A model generated the notes under the pieces. The model ran no database searches. It worked only from the letters and a program-made list of their open reading frames with translations, and was not told the origin of the DNA. From the human T2T-CHM13v2.0 reference genome, Homo sapiens, in the NCBI RefSeq assembly GCF_009914755.1, contig NC_060925.1: 64,000 bases of DNA. The stretch is one strand, 5' to 3'. How positions within the stretch are numbered: the first letter of the stretch is position 1; every line of letters begins with the position of its first letter. A program made the translations under genes and the position numbers. Shown here piece by piece: positions 31,210-46,100 of this stretch.

Positions 31210-33130
31210 CTTAGTTGTTCAACACTAAAATATTAAATATTAATTGTGTACCATACACTAGACACAAAAGAGCTACCTTTAAGGAGCTTGCACTGGGCTG
31301 CTTATATTAGTTTTCTATTGCTGCTCTAACAAATCATCACGAACACAAAGTAACACAAATTTATTATCTTAGAGTTCTGGAGATCAGATGTCTGAACGGG
31401 GTCTCACCAGGTTAAAATCAAGGTGTTGGCTGGGTTGTATCTCTTCTGGAAAGTGCAAGGTAGAATTCATGTCCTTCCCTCTTCCAGATCCTCAAGGCTG
31501 CCTGCATTCCCAGGCTCACGGCCCCCTTTCATTTTCAAAGCCAGCAAGGGTGTATTTAGTCCTCCCATTGTATCACTCTAGTCTTGCTCCCTTTGTTACA
31601 TCTGCTTCTCTGACTCTAACTTTTCTACCTTCTTTCTCTACTTTTAGGACCCTTGTGATTGCATTGGGTTCACTTGGCTAATCCAGGATCATCTTATTTT
31701 AAGGTCAGCTGATTAGCATACTTACTACCTCAATGACATGTAACCAAACATAGTCAAAGGTTCCAGGGGTGAGTATGTGAACATCTTTGGGGAGCCATGA
31801 TTCTGCCCACCATATTGGTAGATACAGTATGTCATAAATGGGTAAAAGAAGATATTTTTATGATGTCAGAAAAGTATACTTAGAGGGAAATGGAGGAGAG
31901 AAAGACAAAAAGGATTCTGTGATTATTTCTGCCTTGTAGAGAGGCAGATATGGCTCTAAAAGCAAGGGTCATTGGAATTAAAGTCCTAAAAATGCTATAA
32001 TGTCTCACCAGGCTAATCGATGACATGATGGTGGAAAAAAGTAATTCTGAGTAAAGAGGACAGCAGGAGCAAAAATGCTTATTCACGACACAGAATGACA
32101 AGGTAATGCAAATTGAAAGCGTTTTAAAGACTGTGCAAAAGTGCAGCATACCAAAATACAAAATTAGAGAAGAAAGCAGAGGCCATTTTAGGAAAAGCTT
32201 TGCATAACATATTGAGGATGTGGGACTTTATCTTGAAAATAGTGAATTACACTTAAGGGATTTTTAGCAACCAATTAGTATGATAAAGTTTGTGTTTAAG
32301 AACAATTAACTTTTAACAACAGTGGAGCAGGATTAGAAGTAAAAATTCAGTTGTGTTTTCATCAGCAAATGATGACAGCCTAAACTGAGGGAGTCGCAGA
32401 GAGGATGGAAAAAATAAACTCAAGAAAACGTGATGAGAAGAATTTTTGAGACTTGATGAGTGATTGGATTTAGAAGGTGAAAGGGGATAAAAGTTTCCAG
32501 GGTGATTCACAGGATTTGTTGTGAGTGATAGGTACTATCCAGGGAAAAGAGATCATAATAAGAAGAACATGTTTAGAGATAAAGATAGAGATGAGATCTA
32601 TTTGAGGTACCTTTATTTTAAGATACTTGCAAGAAATCCAGGTGAAGATTTCCAGGAGGTTGTTATTTGTACTGGCCTGGAAATAAGACAAGTGTGTACT
32701 ATAAATGCAGATATGACACATCATTATGTAATGGTAGTTGAGACTATAAAAATGACTAAGTATAAAGTGCAAAGAAAAGCTGAGCCAGGGCAGAACTCTG
32801 AAGATCACTGATACAGAATGGGTGCAAGAAGGGAATCCAACTCAGGAAACTAAGAAATAATGAGGAATAGGAGAAGAACACTGAGAGACAAAAAGGTTGT
32901 AGAAATCAAAGGAGGAGAGATTTTCAAGGAGGAAATAATATTGTCAACTATCAGAGGAAGGCCAAATCAGATGATGATTAAAAACTCATTCAACTTGGGG
33001 ATTAGGAGGACTTTGCTGGCCTTTGCTAGTATCATTGAAGAGAAGGAACAGAAACCTAACTAGTGAATTAAAGAATAAACTGGTGGTAAGACTATACTTT
33101 CAATGTTATTAGGTTTGAAGGAAAGAGTCA
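31210..33130 (-). mobile_element. L2 LINE fragments (antisense), interrupted by MLT1
   Basis: Purine-rich antisense L2 pattern (ggactttatcttgaa, gagtgattggattt, ataaatgcagatatg). Confidence 0.65.
31303..31814 (-). mobile_element. MLT1C/D-like MaLR solo LTR
   Basis: tattagttttctattgctgct..aacaaat...aaaatcaaggtgttggc...ggctgcctgcattcc...catctttgggg...attctgcccacca. Confidence 0.85.
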
Positions 33131-34268
33131 GCAATAATTGGAATCCAAGGAGGTTTGTTTTGTTTTGTTTTTCAGATAAAGACATAAAGATTTCAAATCT
33201 TCATTCCTCCATGAAATTCTTTATATCTGTTTCAAAAAGAACTGAGTGCTTCTTTCTCCAAACTCCCATAAAATGGCACATATTATAGTGAATGTCTCAA
33301 TAACACAGACAATATCTTAGCCCTCTTTGTGTCTGGCACATGGAAGGAGGTCAATAAATAGTTTTTAAATGAATGAAAAAATGAACAGATAGATTAATGA
33401 AAATATGTTCATCAAATTTTGGATTGTAAAATGCTCACATACACTGATTGAAAGACAGATTTCAACTATGTCATTTGGTCACTGGATACCAAGAAATATG
33501 ATGTTTAGCAGTATTCAATATATTTCTTTATAACCAACAAACAATAACTGGCAGAACATTTCTCCCCTCAGGGATTTAATTTTCATTAGAGCGCTCTCTT
33601 TATTGCTGACACTACCCTCTAATAAGTAACCTGAAGTAAAAGAGTCCTGGAGACATGATTCTTTGGAGAGAGTGTCAGTTTGCCATACAATTCCTGCTGC
33701 CCTACCCCACCAGCCTTGGGGGATGAGTGGAGATACTTTTCTCCTACATTAAGCCTAGTAAGAAAAGAAAATTCATGGGTATCCCTTGGAGAATTTGATA
33801 TGTTTCCTCTGAAATCTGGGGTGTCTAATTTTCACCTACCTAGGATTAAAGGTGAAAGCGATGTCTGCTTAGAGATAGAGATAAGAGAGGTGGCTGCACC
33901 AGAAGCCAGGTGCACTTCTATCAACAATGAGGTGAGAATGTCTACTTTCTGGGTATAAGATGTGTAGACCCTTTCGTAAAGAGCTGGTCTGAATCAACTT
34001 AAGAAAGAGTCCTGCTAAAAAGGACTCCTGGAGAAGGGCCCTCAACAGAAAAGAGTCAGTGAGGGGTAGTCCACAACTCGGGGCCTGGGGCAGAGGGATT
34101 GGAGGATATGGCAAATGGTGAGCCAGGAAGGAGGCACCTCCCATGCCAATGAAGATCAGGAGTGGTCTAGATCAATAGTGTAGGTGGGAGGTTATGAGTG
34201 TATGAAGACAATAGCAGTAGATTGTGGAGAAAACAATGGATTTAGGAAGCATTTTAAAAGTAGTATAA

Positions 34269-34575
34269 GGCTGAGCACAGTGGCTCATGCCTATAATCCG
34301 AGCACTTTGGGAGGCCAAGGAGGGAGGATTGCTTGAGCCCATGAGTTTGAGACCAGCCTGTCACATAGGGAGACTTTGTCTCTACAAAAAATTCAAAAAT
34401 TGTTCAGGAATGGTGGCACATGCCATTGTTCCAGTTACTCTGGAGGCTGAGGTGGGAGAACTGCTTGAGCTCGGGAGGTCAAGGCTGCAGTGAGTTACAA
34501 TTACACCACTGCACTCCAGCCAGCCTGGGCCACAGAGTAAGACCTTGTCTCAATAGAAAGAAAAAAATAAACAAA
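34269..34575 (+). mobile_element. AluJ SINE
   Basis: ggaggattgcttgagccca, gaggtcaaggctgcagtgag. Confidence 0.92.
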
Positions 34576-34825
34576 CAAAAACTACAGAATAAGCGGAACT
34601 TGGTGACCAATCAGCTGGGTGACATAAGTGAGAAGGAGAGCAAAGTATGACTCTCAGATAAAATGTGATGTCATCCAGGCAGATTTCCAGCAAGAGAAGG
34701 ATTCAGAAGAGAGAAAAGAAAAATAAGCTCATTTTTAGATCAGTTCCCATCTTTGATGTAGACTTAGTCAACAGCAGTTTGTACACCAACATGGTGCAGC
34801 CAAACCTATATTAAAGCCCCCAGAT

Positions 34826-34990
34826 TTGTCAGGCATAGTGGCTTACATTTGTAATCCCAGCTATTCAAGAGGCTGAGGCAGGAAGATCCTTTGAGCCCAG
34901 TAGTTGAAGACTGCAGTGAGCTATAATCAAGTCACTGAACTCCAACCTGTGCAACAGTGAGATCTCATCTCTAAAAAATAAAAATAAAGT
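34826..34990 (+). mobile_element. Free Alu monomer (FRAM/FAM-like)
   Basis: Single right-arm-type monomer with an A-rich tail. Confidence 0.75.
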
Positions 34991-35804
34991 AATTTTGTAA
35001 AAATTCTAAAATTTAAGTCCAGGAAAACATCTAGGTAGGAGTTACCTATATAAGGGAGAGCTAGGTGTTATAATTTCCTGGGTTTCCTTCTCTCTTGGTT
35101 TAATTTATCTCTGGGGGTAAGATAACCTCAAAGAGACTGGCGCCCAGGATTTCTTAGAGCTCCTGGGTTATTAAAGTCATGGAAGTCTAATGGCCTGTGG
35201 GGAAAACTGAATCTGAACCTAATTTTGGACCAAGAAGGAATTTTGGTGGCAAAGAGACTAGATGAAGTTCCTTGCAAATAATTAGATTTCTTTCCCTGTT
35301 TGAGCTTTCTGTTTCTTGCTTCTTGTTTTAATGTTTAAGAAAAATCTCAGTTATACATAAAATAACTAGTGGTGATTCATCAGTGTCTCATCACTTTTAA
35401 TAAATCTTAATAATTTTCCATATTTCCTACAGGCCAATTTTAATAAATAAAATCCTGAAGAAAAGTCACCAATGCACCCTTCCTAACGGCATTCCTTCTC
35501 TTCCTCTATATAAACACTACCCTAAATTTGGTGTTTATCATTTTTGTGCATGATTTTATACTTTTACCATATATGTACATGTGTCCATGTTGGTACCTGT
35601 GGTTCAGGATTACCTTCTTTCATTTCATAATGGACTAAAATTTCTTTATCCATTCTCCAACAGTGGATATGTAAGAAGTCTCCAGTTCCCCCATTACAGA
35701 CAATGAAGCAGGCAATAAATCTTATCTATATTTCCTTGTACACGTATGCTTTAGTTTCTCCAGGATATTTATCTGAATATGTGCACATTCAGAATTATGC
35801 GAAT

Positions 35805-36265
35805 GTGCTTGTTTTAATAGGATTCTTCTGGAAATAGAATCCAAACAGAGATTCGTGTGCAGAGTCTATTTGTGAATTGATACCAGGAAACACCAATAAT
35901 GGAATTGGAGGAGAGACAGGGTAGTGGAGGTAGTGAATAAAGGATACATGATCAAACAAGTTACTGGGTAACTGGAGTTTAATCCCACTGAAGGACTCTG
36001 AGAGCCAGTGGGGAACACAAACTTCAAAGTTATTCCACCAAGGAGAAAAGGGAACCGGGATAATTATACATCAACTTTATCAGTCATTGGTTGAGGAATG
36101 CTCCTGGGGATGTTAATTTCCTGGCACTCCCAGGGCCAAGCAGATTTCAGTAGCCAAAGAAAGCCCTCAGGTAAAGGCATGCAAGTGTTGGCAGCTGAGT
36201 CAGGCAGGTGTGTGCTGAAATATAAGGTGAAGGGTTATAAGGAAGGCATGGAGAGCATGTGCTAT
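35805..36265 (-). mobile_element. LTR16C-like ERVL solo LTR
   Basis: ccaggaaacacca...ggtaactggagtttaatcccactg...cagtcattggttgagg...aaagccctcagg; the host L1 resumes after it. Confidence 0.7.
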
Positions 36266-38173
36266 AGGGCTACCTTGTTCTCTAAGGTGATTACCAATTT
36301 ACACTCCCCTAAGTGGTGTGTGAGGAGGCTGGTTTCTCCCGAGTGAGTTCATCTTTTTCTCTTCTACTATTACTTGCCTGAAATCCTGTAATCGAAACAT
36401 ATTATTGTAGCTATACCAGCTTTCTTTTCCATAGTATTTTCTCAGCATATCTTATCCTATCCCTTTATTTTCAATCTTTCTGTGTGATTTTTTTCATATC
36501 TCATATAAGGAGCATATTTTTTATCCAAACTTTTAAAGCATGCTTTAATAGTTGACTTTAGTCCATTTACATTTAATATTACTACGGATACAATTGGACT
36601 CATTTCTAGCATCTTTGTCATTTCTGTTCAATATCCATTGTCTTGGCTTCTTTATTCATCTCTTTTTCTTACTTCTCTTACTCTTCAATGTTTCTGTGAA
36701 GTTCACTTATGTTGTTGCATTTTGCCATAGTTCCTTCTTTTTTATTGCTGTGTAGTATTTTGTATGAAGATATCACAGTTTATTCATTCTACTGTTGATG
36801 GATATTTGGGTTGTTTCTGCTTTTTAGCGAGTTATGAATAAAGTTGCAAAAAAACCTTCCTGTGAACGTCTTTTAGCATACATATGTACTCATTTATCTT
36901 GGGTATATAGAACTGGTTTAGGCATATATTTGTAGGTTAGGCATATATTTATATTTATTGTATATTGCCAAAAACTTTTCAAGGTTGAATGTACTGATTT
37001 ATAAACCTTGCAGCAATGTGGTTTGTTTTCTCCATAACACTTGTAACCATAACACTTGTAAATATCACACCGTAACACTTGTAAATATCAGACTACTTAA
37101 TTTTAGGAATTCTGATTCTGTGCTGTTGTATCTCATTATGGTTTTAATTTACATTTATCTGATGAGTACAAATATTGAGAACTTTTTCATATGCTTATTG
37201 GCCATTTGGATATCCTCTTTGGTAAAATGCCTATTTAAGTCTTTTGCCCATTTTCTTCTTAGGTAGTTTAACTTTTTCTTATCAATGTATTGCAGTTCTT
37301 CATTCTGGTATATACATACTTTGTCTCTCTCTCTCTCTCAATATGTATATATTGCAAATATCTTCTCATATTTTCAAATATTGGTTCAACAACATTCTTT
37401 CATTTTCTTCTCCTTCAACTTGCCTTGAAGGATTAAATGGAAATAGCTCTCTCTATTTATCCTACATGACTTTCAATTGCTCTTGTATTTTTTACTTTTT
37501 TTCTCTGTAATGCAGTTCCAGCACAGTTTTTCAATACATAAATTCTCTCTTTGCATCTTGACTAGAGTTTCCTGCCTATAGAATTTTTATCTAAATAAAT
37601 GCAATTGATAATTGATATTTTAATCATATAACTTTCAATTGGTTATTTTTCTATTAAACAACACGGTTTAATAAACTCTTGTTTAATATATTCTTTCTCT
37701 TTTTAATGGATGTGTTTTCATTCATCTATTTGAGTACTACAACATTTATTTAAAAGTTTTATTCCAACAATCTTATGAAATTTGTTTCATTGGGTATTCT
37801 GAGCTACCTTAGAATTTGACTTCTTACTGTGTTTTATAATTTTGGTTTAGAATTTCTCTTATTGCTTTCTTGAAATTTCTTCCTCTTGCATTCTTAAAAT
37901 CCCTTCCCTCTTGGCTCAATGACTTTGCCTGCCACTCATAATTTTCTCTCTCTAGAATCCACAGGCGTCCAGTCCATCCAGGTCTTAAAATGTCAACTCA
38001 GTGCTCCTGTCTAATGATGTTTTGTGGGGCATCATAGATTCAGTACAAAATATACAAATAACATGATTCAGTCATGGTCCTAAGGGTGTCTGTTATTCAT
38101 ATCCTTTTTAGACCTATAGCTTCTTATAAGCTAAAGACTCAGCCAGGAGGATTACTTTAAAAAAAAATTAGCA

Positions 38174-38482
<309 letters not shown>

Positions 38483-41400
38483 TTACTAATGGTGCCCCTT
38501 CCATTTCCCTGCTCCCAAGTAGTGAGCCTGGCCCTAGTTCTTCTCTCTGCATAGCATATTTTTTAATACTTTGCCTCACAGATATCAAATTTCTGACTAC
38601 AATACTTGCTTCCAGACCCACAGCCTAGCAGTCATGTGGCTTCAGACTCATTTTCTTGTCTGCATTTCTGGTCCATTGCTGATTTACTGAGTGGCTGGTC
38701 TTGTTTTTAAGTTTATCTATATCTAATTGTTTACGTTATACTTCCTTAATCATTGCTACTAGTGTTGTTTATAGAGGAGTCTATCAAAGTATAAACAACC
38801 GCACTATCATGAAAGTTGGAGAGGAATTTAGATATCATCCTAAAATAGCTTTGGGGGCGGGAAGGAAAAGGGGTTCTTGGCATAATCGTCTCTCCTCTAT
38901 GGCTTCCAATGAGATGTAACTCATATCTCCTTTCCTCATGTGTATGCTCAGGCTCCCAGGATCACATAACACGATTCTCTGTTCCTGAATGTCAAGATCC
39001 TTTTGGGCGTACAGGCCCACTCTCAGATTTCCCAAGCTCTCTCTGTGGACTTAAGAACTTTATCTATGCTGCCTTCCTCATACCATACTGTTGTAGTTAC
39101 CTTATAAGCCTATCTAATTGCCCATCTCGTAGACACTTCTCAGCCTATTTTGCTTTTCCTCTCTGGCAATATGGTGGCCTCAGACTTCTGTACCGGGTAT
39201 GAAGCCTCCCCAGGCCACACACAGGGAAGTGAAGCACAGTTTTCTTCTGCTTTGAGACCCCCTTCACACTGACTTGAGTTTATATTTTCTACCTATCCAG
39301 GCCCAGAGCTTCAATGCTGACAGGAGACACAGTGCAGGATCCACATGACTAACAGCCCTCCTGGTGATCTGATCTGCTCTCCCTTCTCCAGGGGAGACAA
39401 GAACTGTTTGGTCCATCTTAGGAAGAGTTTATATCCCCTCCTCCTGGAGGAATTGGGACAGGAGACTAATCAGGAATTTATACCCACTATTATGCCAAAA
39501 CTATTACTCTTAATATTGAAAAAATCTTTTTCATTGAGCTATTGTGCCTACCACAATATCTATGCTAGGCTATTTGGAGGAACCCAGAAGCCAGTATTTG
39601 CCTTTCTCTCCATATTGCCCTTAATTTGAGAAAGATAATAGAACAGCACCACTGCCTAAATTGTGGGGAGAGGAGATGTTATGGAAGAGCCTTGAGTTAA
39701 AATCTCAGAATTTTGTCTGAGGTCATAGGAGCATATAGCATCCCCCACTTTGATGGCGTGGCAACAGAAATTATGGCAAATCTGGCTCAGACTTCAATCT
39801 TGCACTTGAAGGTTTCTCATAAAAAGATCACATTTTCAAATTTCCTCACTCCTGGGCAGTTAAGTGAGAATCCACTGCCTTAGGAGAGATTTTAGAATGT
39901 CAGTAATTGAGTAACCAGGGACCACAGTGCCCCTGGGCTGGAACTGAATATGAAATCGCCCAAGGTCATTCATTGGGTTTTAGGGATACTGGGTGGACAT
40001 CATTCCCTATTACTTCCTTCCCTGCCGTCCTATACTTGTGAGTCCCTTTAAAATATTTTAAACACTTTTTTTTTAATTGAATGGGGAAGATGTTTATGCT
40101 GTTTTCTTTTTAAAAGCAAAATCAGCCTCGCTGTGTGGTGCTGAGGCTGTCAAGTCTCTACTTAAAGGATGCTACAGGAAGATTGAGTCCCTCTTTCACT
40201 GTCTCTTTTCCCTCCCTCCCTCTCCCATTCAGTGTCAGGGAAATTCTCTGTGCCTCTCTCCAAAGGCACCTCAACAGCTGTGAACTCATGACCTAATTGT
40301 TCTAATGGCATTCCCAAGCTCCCCTGCTCAAGGCCAGAGAAATCTCAGGCCTTTGGACCTCTAGCCAGTAATTCATGGTACTTAGTCAAACTCCTTCCCC
40401 TCCCTGCAGGCCCCCTCCTGCTCCCCTCCCATTCCCTCCTCCTGTCCTCTGCTCTCACTCTCTGCTCTCTCCTCACACCAGTATGAAGCAGCTTGATCAC
40501 CTGCCAACCGGTATTGATTTTTGCTTCCCAATCGCCAGGCTGGATGGAAGGAAAAGATTAAAAACAGTTTGTCAGTTTGAAGTTGAATAAGAATTCGGCA
40601 CAAGGGACGTCTTAGAAATGTGAGGAAGTGGCAGGGGAGGTTGGGAGTGTGGGCAGTCAAGGCCAAAGCAAGTCTTAAGGGAGTTTAACCCTTTATTGCA
40701 ATCAGCCCCAGAATTTTTGAAGAGGATATGCTGTAATCCTGCATACTCCCCTTTTCTTGTGCCTCATGTACTCACATCCTCTCATGGTTTTCTTTTTGTC
40801 CACAGCATCAAACATGGGTTTTACTTGAACTGTCCGAGGCCCTAGGATGCCACCCCTTTTGGCTCACTGACACCCATGTTAAGTTTGCATTGCTCATATC
40901 CCTGCTACATCCTGCTAGGTCACTCAGGCCTTACCAGGAGATAGTGTCTAAATTCCTATGGCTCTTCAGTTGTAGGGAGCCCCTGACCCTGAGCATCTGA
41001 GCTCTGCCAACAGCCCTGTTAGTATTCATGGAGCAGGTCTATCCGCTGCTGTCCTTGTCAAGAAAGAGTGGGGAGACCAGGGAAATTTGCCGTTCAAAAA
41101 AATGAGTATTGTTGACTCATGAAGCATCCTTTTGGCTTGTCAGCTATAGAGCTGACAAATGATTTACACACTTCTGTAGAAAACCTGAAGGGCTACAGCA
41201 CAAAGACTCAGCATGTGTGATGGAGTCAAATCTAGGGTACTAAGATGTTACTCACTCAAGGGCCAGGTGACTAGTCTTCCAAGAGCTCAGGGGCTGAGCT
41301 GAAACAGGAGGGCCACCTTTCCCTTTCTTACAAGCTGAGTGTCGAGAACCAGGTCATACTAACTTGTGGCCACAGAAACAGGATGGGAGATTTCTGCACA

Positions 41401-41511
41401 ATAATGAGGATTTTGCCAGTTACACAAAAAAATAGTTCGCTGACATCTAATTACCTCCTTTCCCCATTTTTCCTACCCAATTTAGTATTAATGATTTGTG
41501 TAATATGTGAC

Positions 41512-41943
41512 TGTCTCAGTTTGTTTTCTATTGCTTATAATAGAATACCAGAAACTGCATAATATATAAAGAAAATGAATTTATTCTCACCTATGTGGAG
41601 ACTGGGAAGTCCAAGGTTGAGGGCTGCATCTGGTGAGGGCCTTCTTGCTGATGGAGACTCTCTTCAGAGTCCCAAACAGCACAAAGCATTACATGATGAG
41701 GGAGCTAAGCATGCTAATGTGCTAGCTCAGGTCTCTCATCCTCTTCTTATAAAGCCACCAATTTCTCTCCCATGATAATCCATTCATCTGTTAACCCATT
41801 AATCCATTAATAGATTAATCCATTCATGAAGACAGAGCCCTCATTATCGAGTCACCTCTTAAAGGCCCACCTCTCAATACTGCCACATTGGAAATGAAAT
41901 TTTAACGTGAGTTTGGGGAGGTATAAATATTCAAACAGTAGCA
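41512..41943 (-). mobile_element. MSTC/MSTD-like MaLR solo LTR
   Basis: ctgggaagtccaaggttgaggg..catctggtgagggccttcttgct...ttaatccattcatga...cacctctcaatactgccacattgg. Confidence 0.85.
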
Positions 41944-43079
41944 GTAGCATAACAGGACAGAAATCAATTTTGTTAACATGAAAATCTGGATGATGTGCTG
42001 TTCTGATTGTTTTGCCCACTCTGTGCACTCATATTTTGTCACTAATTATCAATTATATTCTACTTAGTCCAAGTAGTTTATATATGAAAAACATAATATC
42101 TAAAAGTATTCTATAAATCAGAATTTCATGAAGAAAATAAAAAGACGTTAAAGAATGGTTAAAACTGTGCTAAAAGGAATTTTGCTTCATTTATTAGAAG
42201 TTTTTAAGCACCATAAATAAGTAGGAATTTTGAGTTCTTTCCCAACACTCTTACTAAGGAAGGAAGCCTGGTCCATTCTTGATACCTTCCTGGTTTTCTT
42301 ATACATTTTTCATCTCATGCCATAAGCTTTGTTATGTCAGCTTCTTTTTCCATGATTTTTTAATACTTGGTCTCAAGCCTATCTTTTGTATATGCTCTAA
42401 CTCAAAGTGTTGTCTTGACTTTTTCTCTGAGAAACTTTCTCCAATACAATCTTCAAAATACTACTTATAATTACATGATGATATAATCTCATACCTCTCA
42501 AAGCCTGGTGTTCTGTCTGTTTCCATTTTGATCATGATTTTATATTACTTCTATAATTAACAGTATATTCCATGGCAAAAATGGGATTAAAATCTCATTG
42601 CAGAAAAAAATGCCATTTGGAACTGGGAATAACTGCCTACATAAAAGTGATCTGAAAATATTCATAGCATTGGGTACATAAATAAATGCCATTATATTGT
42701 TTATATTACATCCCTAAATATTTATCAACCCTGCTCTCAAAGAGAAATTTATTGGCCTTAAAGAGGAGATGGAGAAAGAGATAGGGGTAGAACGTGTATT
42801 TGAAGGGAAAATATCAGAGAAGTTCTCAAACCTAGAGAAAGATTTCAATATTCAAGTACAAAAAGGTTATAGAACACCACACAGATTTAATTCAAAGAAG
42901 TCTACCTCAAGATATTTAATAATCAAACACCCAAAGGTCAAGGATAAGGAAAGGATCCTAAAAGCAATAAGAGAAACAAAGAGCATACAAGGGAGCTCCA
43001 ATATGTCTGGCAACAGACCTTTCAGTGGAAACTTTACAGGCCAGGAGAGAGTGGCATGACATATTTAAAATGTTGAAGG

Positions 43080-43082
43080 AAA

Positions 43083-43117
<35 letters not shown>

Positions 43118-43118
43118 A
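43080..43118. repeat. (TAAA)n microsatellite inside the L1 ORF1 remnant
   Basis: Read directly from the sequence. Confidence 0.9.
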
Positions 43119-46100
43119 ACCTTTTACCCTAGACTATAATATCCAGCAAAAATATCATTTAAACATGAAGGAGAAATAAAGACCTGCCCAGACAAACAAA
43201 GCTGAGGGATTTTATCAGCACCAGGCCTGTCTTACAAGAAATGCTAAAGGAAGCTCTTTGATCTGAAAGAAAAGGATGTTTGTGAGCAAAAAGAAATCAC
43301 CTGAAGGTATAAAACTCACAGGTAATAGTAAATGCAGAGAAAAATACATAATAGACTAACACTGTAATTATAGTATATAAACTTCTCTTGACTTAAGTAG
43401 CAAGACTAAATAATGAACCAATCAAAAATAATAACTACAACAACTTTTCAAGACACAGGGAGTACAATAAAACTTAAAGAGAAACAACAAAGAGTTTAAA
43501 AGTAGGGGATGAAGTTAGAGTGTAGAGTTTTTGTTACTTTTCTTTTTGCATATTTGTTTGTTGGTTTATGCAATCAGTGTTAAGTTGTCATAAGTTTAAA
43601 ATAATGAGTTATAGGATAGTACTTGCAAACCTCATGGTAACTGCAAATCAAAAAACATGCAGTAAATACACAAAAAATAAAAAGGAAGCTACTAAACCAT
43701 GCCACAAGAGAAAATCTTCACTAAAGGGAAAACAGAAGGAAGGAAAGAAAGAAAAAAATTATAAACAACCAGAAAACAAATAATAGAATGGCAAGAGTAA
43801 GTCCTCACTTATCAATAATAACATTGAATGTAGATGGACTAAACTCTCCAATCAAAAGACATAGAGTGTCTGAATAGATGAAAAAATAAGAGTCAATGAT
43901 GTGTTGCCTACAAGAAACACGCTGCACCTATAAAGATGCACATAGACTGAAAATAAAAGAATGAAAAAAGATATTCCATGCCAATGGAAACCAAAAAAGA
44001 GCAGGAGTCACTATACTTATATCAGTCAAAATAGATTTCAAGACAAAAACTGTAGGAAGAGGCAGAGGAGATCACTATGTAATGATAAAGGGGTCATTCC
44101 AGCAACAGGACATACAATGATAAATATATGTGTACCCAACACTGGAACACCCAATTATATAGAGCAAATATTATTAGAACTAGAGAGAGAGATAGACCCC
44201 AATACACAACAGCTGGAGATTTTTAACACCCTACTTTCTGCATTAGACAGATCTCCCAGACAAAAAATCTGCAAAGAAACATTGGACTTAATCTGCACTA
44301 CAGAACAAATGAACCCAGTACATATTTCCAGAACATTTCATCCAAAGGCTGCAGAATACACATTCGTCTCCTCAGCACATAAATCATTCTCAACAATAGA
44401 CCATATGGCATGTCACAAAATGAGTCTTAAGTATTCAAAAAATGGAAATAATATCAAGCATTTTCTCTGACCACAATGGAATAAAACTAGATATCAACAA
44501 CAAGAGAAATTTTGGAAACTAAACGATATGCTCCTGAATGACCAGTGGGTCAATGAAGAAATTAAGAAAAAAACTGAAAAATGTCCTGAAACAAATGATA
44601 ATGGAGACACAACATACCAAAACCTATATGATACATTGAAAGCAGTATTAGGAGAGAAATTTACAGCTAAAAGTGCCTACATGAAAAAAAAGAAAACTTC
44701 AAATAAATAACCTAACAAAGCATTTTAAGGAACTAGAAAAGCAAGAGCAAACTGAACCCAATATTAGCAGAGAAAAGAAATAGTAAAGGTCAGAGCAGAA
44801 ATAAATGAACTTGAAACAAAGAAAACAAGAAAAAAGATCAACTAAATAAAAAGTTAGTTTTTCAAAAAGTTAAACAAAATTGACAAACCTTTAGCCAGAC
44901 TAAGAAAGAAAAAAAAGGGAGAAGGCCCAAATAAATGAAATCAGAAATGGAAAAGGAGACACTGCGATTTATACTGCAGAAATTCAAAGGATCATTAGTG
45001 GCTACTATGAGAAACTACATGCCAATAAATTGGAAAATCTAGAGGAAATGGATAAACACATAGATACATAAAACCTACCAAGATTGAACCATGAAGAAAT
45101 CCAGAACCTGAAAAAACCAATAACAAATAGTGAGATGAAAGCCGTAATAAAATGTCTCCCACTAAAGAAATGCCTAAGACCTGATGGCTTCACTGCTGAA
45201 CTCTAAGAATCATCAACAAAATGCTAGCAAACTGAGTTCAGCAATACATTTAAATGATCATTCATCAAGTGAGATTTACCCCAGGGATGCAAGGATGGTT
45301 GAACATACACAGATCAATCAATGTGATACATCATATTAAAAGAATAAAGGACAAAAACCATATGATCATTTTAACTGAAGTTGAAAACCATTCGATAAAA
45401 TTCAACATCCCTTCATGATAAAAACCCTCAAAAAATGGGGCATAATGGGAATATACCTCAAATTAATAAAAGCCATAAATGACAGACCCACAACTAGTAT
45501 CATACTGAATGAGAAAAATCTGAAAGCCTCTCCTTTAAGATCTGGAACAAACAAGGATAACCACTTTCCCCATGGTTATTCAACATAGTACTGAAAATCC
45601 TAGCCGGAGCAATAAGACAAGAAAGATATAAAAGGCATCCAAATTGTAAGGGAGGAAGTCAAATTATCCTTGTTTGCAGACGATATGATCTCATATTTGT
45701 AAAACCTTGAAGACTCCACCAAAAACCTATTGGAACAGATAAACAAATTCAGTAAAGTTGCAGAACACAAAATCAATACACAAAAATTAGTAGCATTTCT
45801 ATATGTAAACAGTGAACAATCTGAAAAAGAAACAAAAAAGTAATATCATTTACAATACTCACAAATAACATTAAATGCCTAGGAATTAACCAAAGAAGTA
45901 AAAGATCTCTACAATGAAAACTATAAAACGCTGTTGAAAGAAATTGAAGCATACATAAAAAAATGGAAAAATACTTTATGTTCATGGATTGGAAGAATCA
46001 ATATTGTTAAAATGTCCATATTACCCAAAGCAATCTACAGATTCAATGCAAGCCCTATCAAAATACTAATGACATTCTTCACAGAAATAGAAAAAAAAAT

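Noticed and set aside
37034-37090. Triplicated taacacttgtaa motif
   Set aside because: Ordinary slippage duplication inside an old L1 fragment, with no spacer-array structure.
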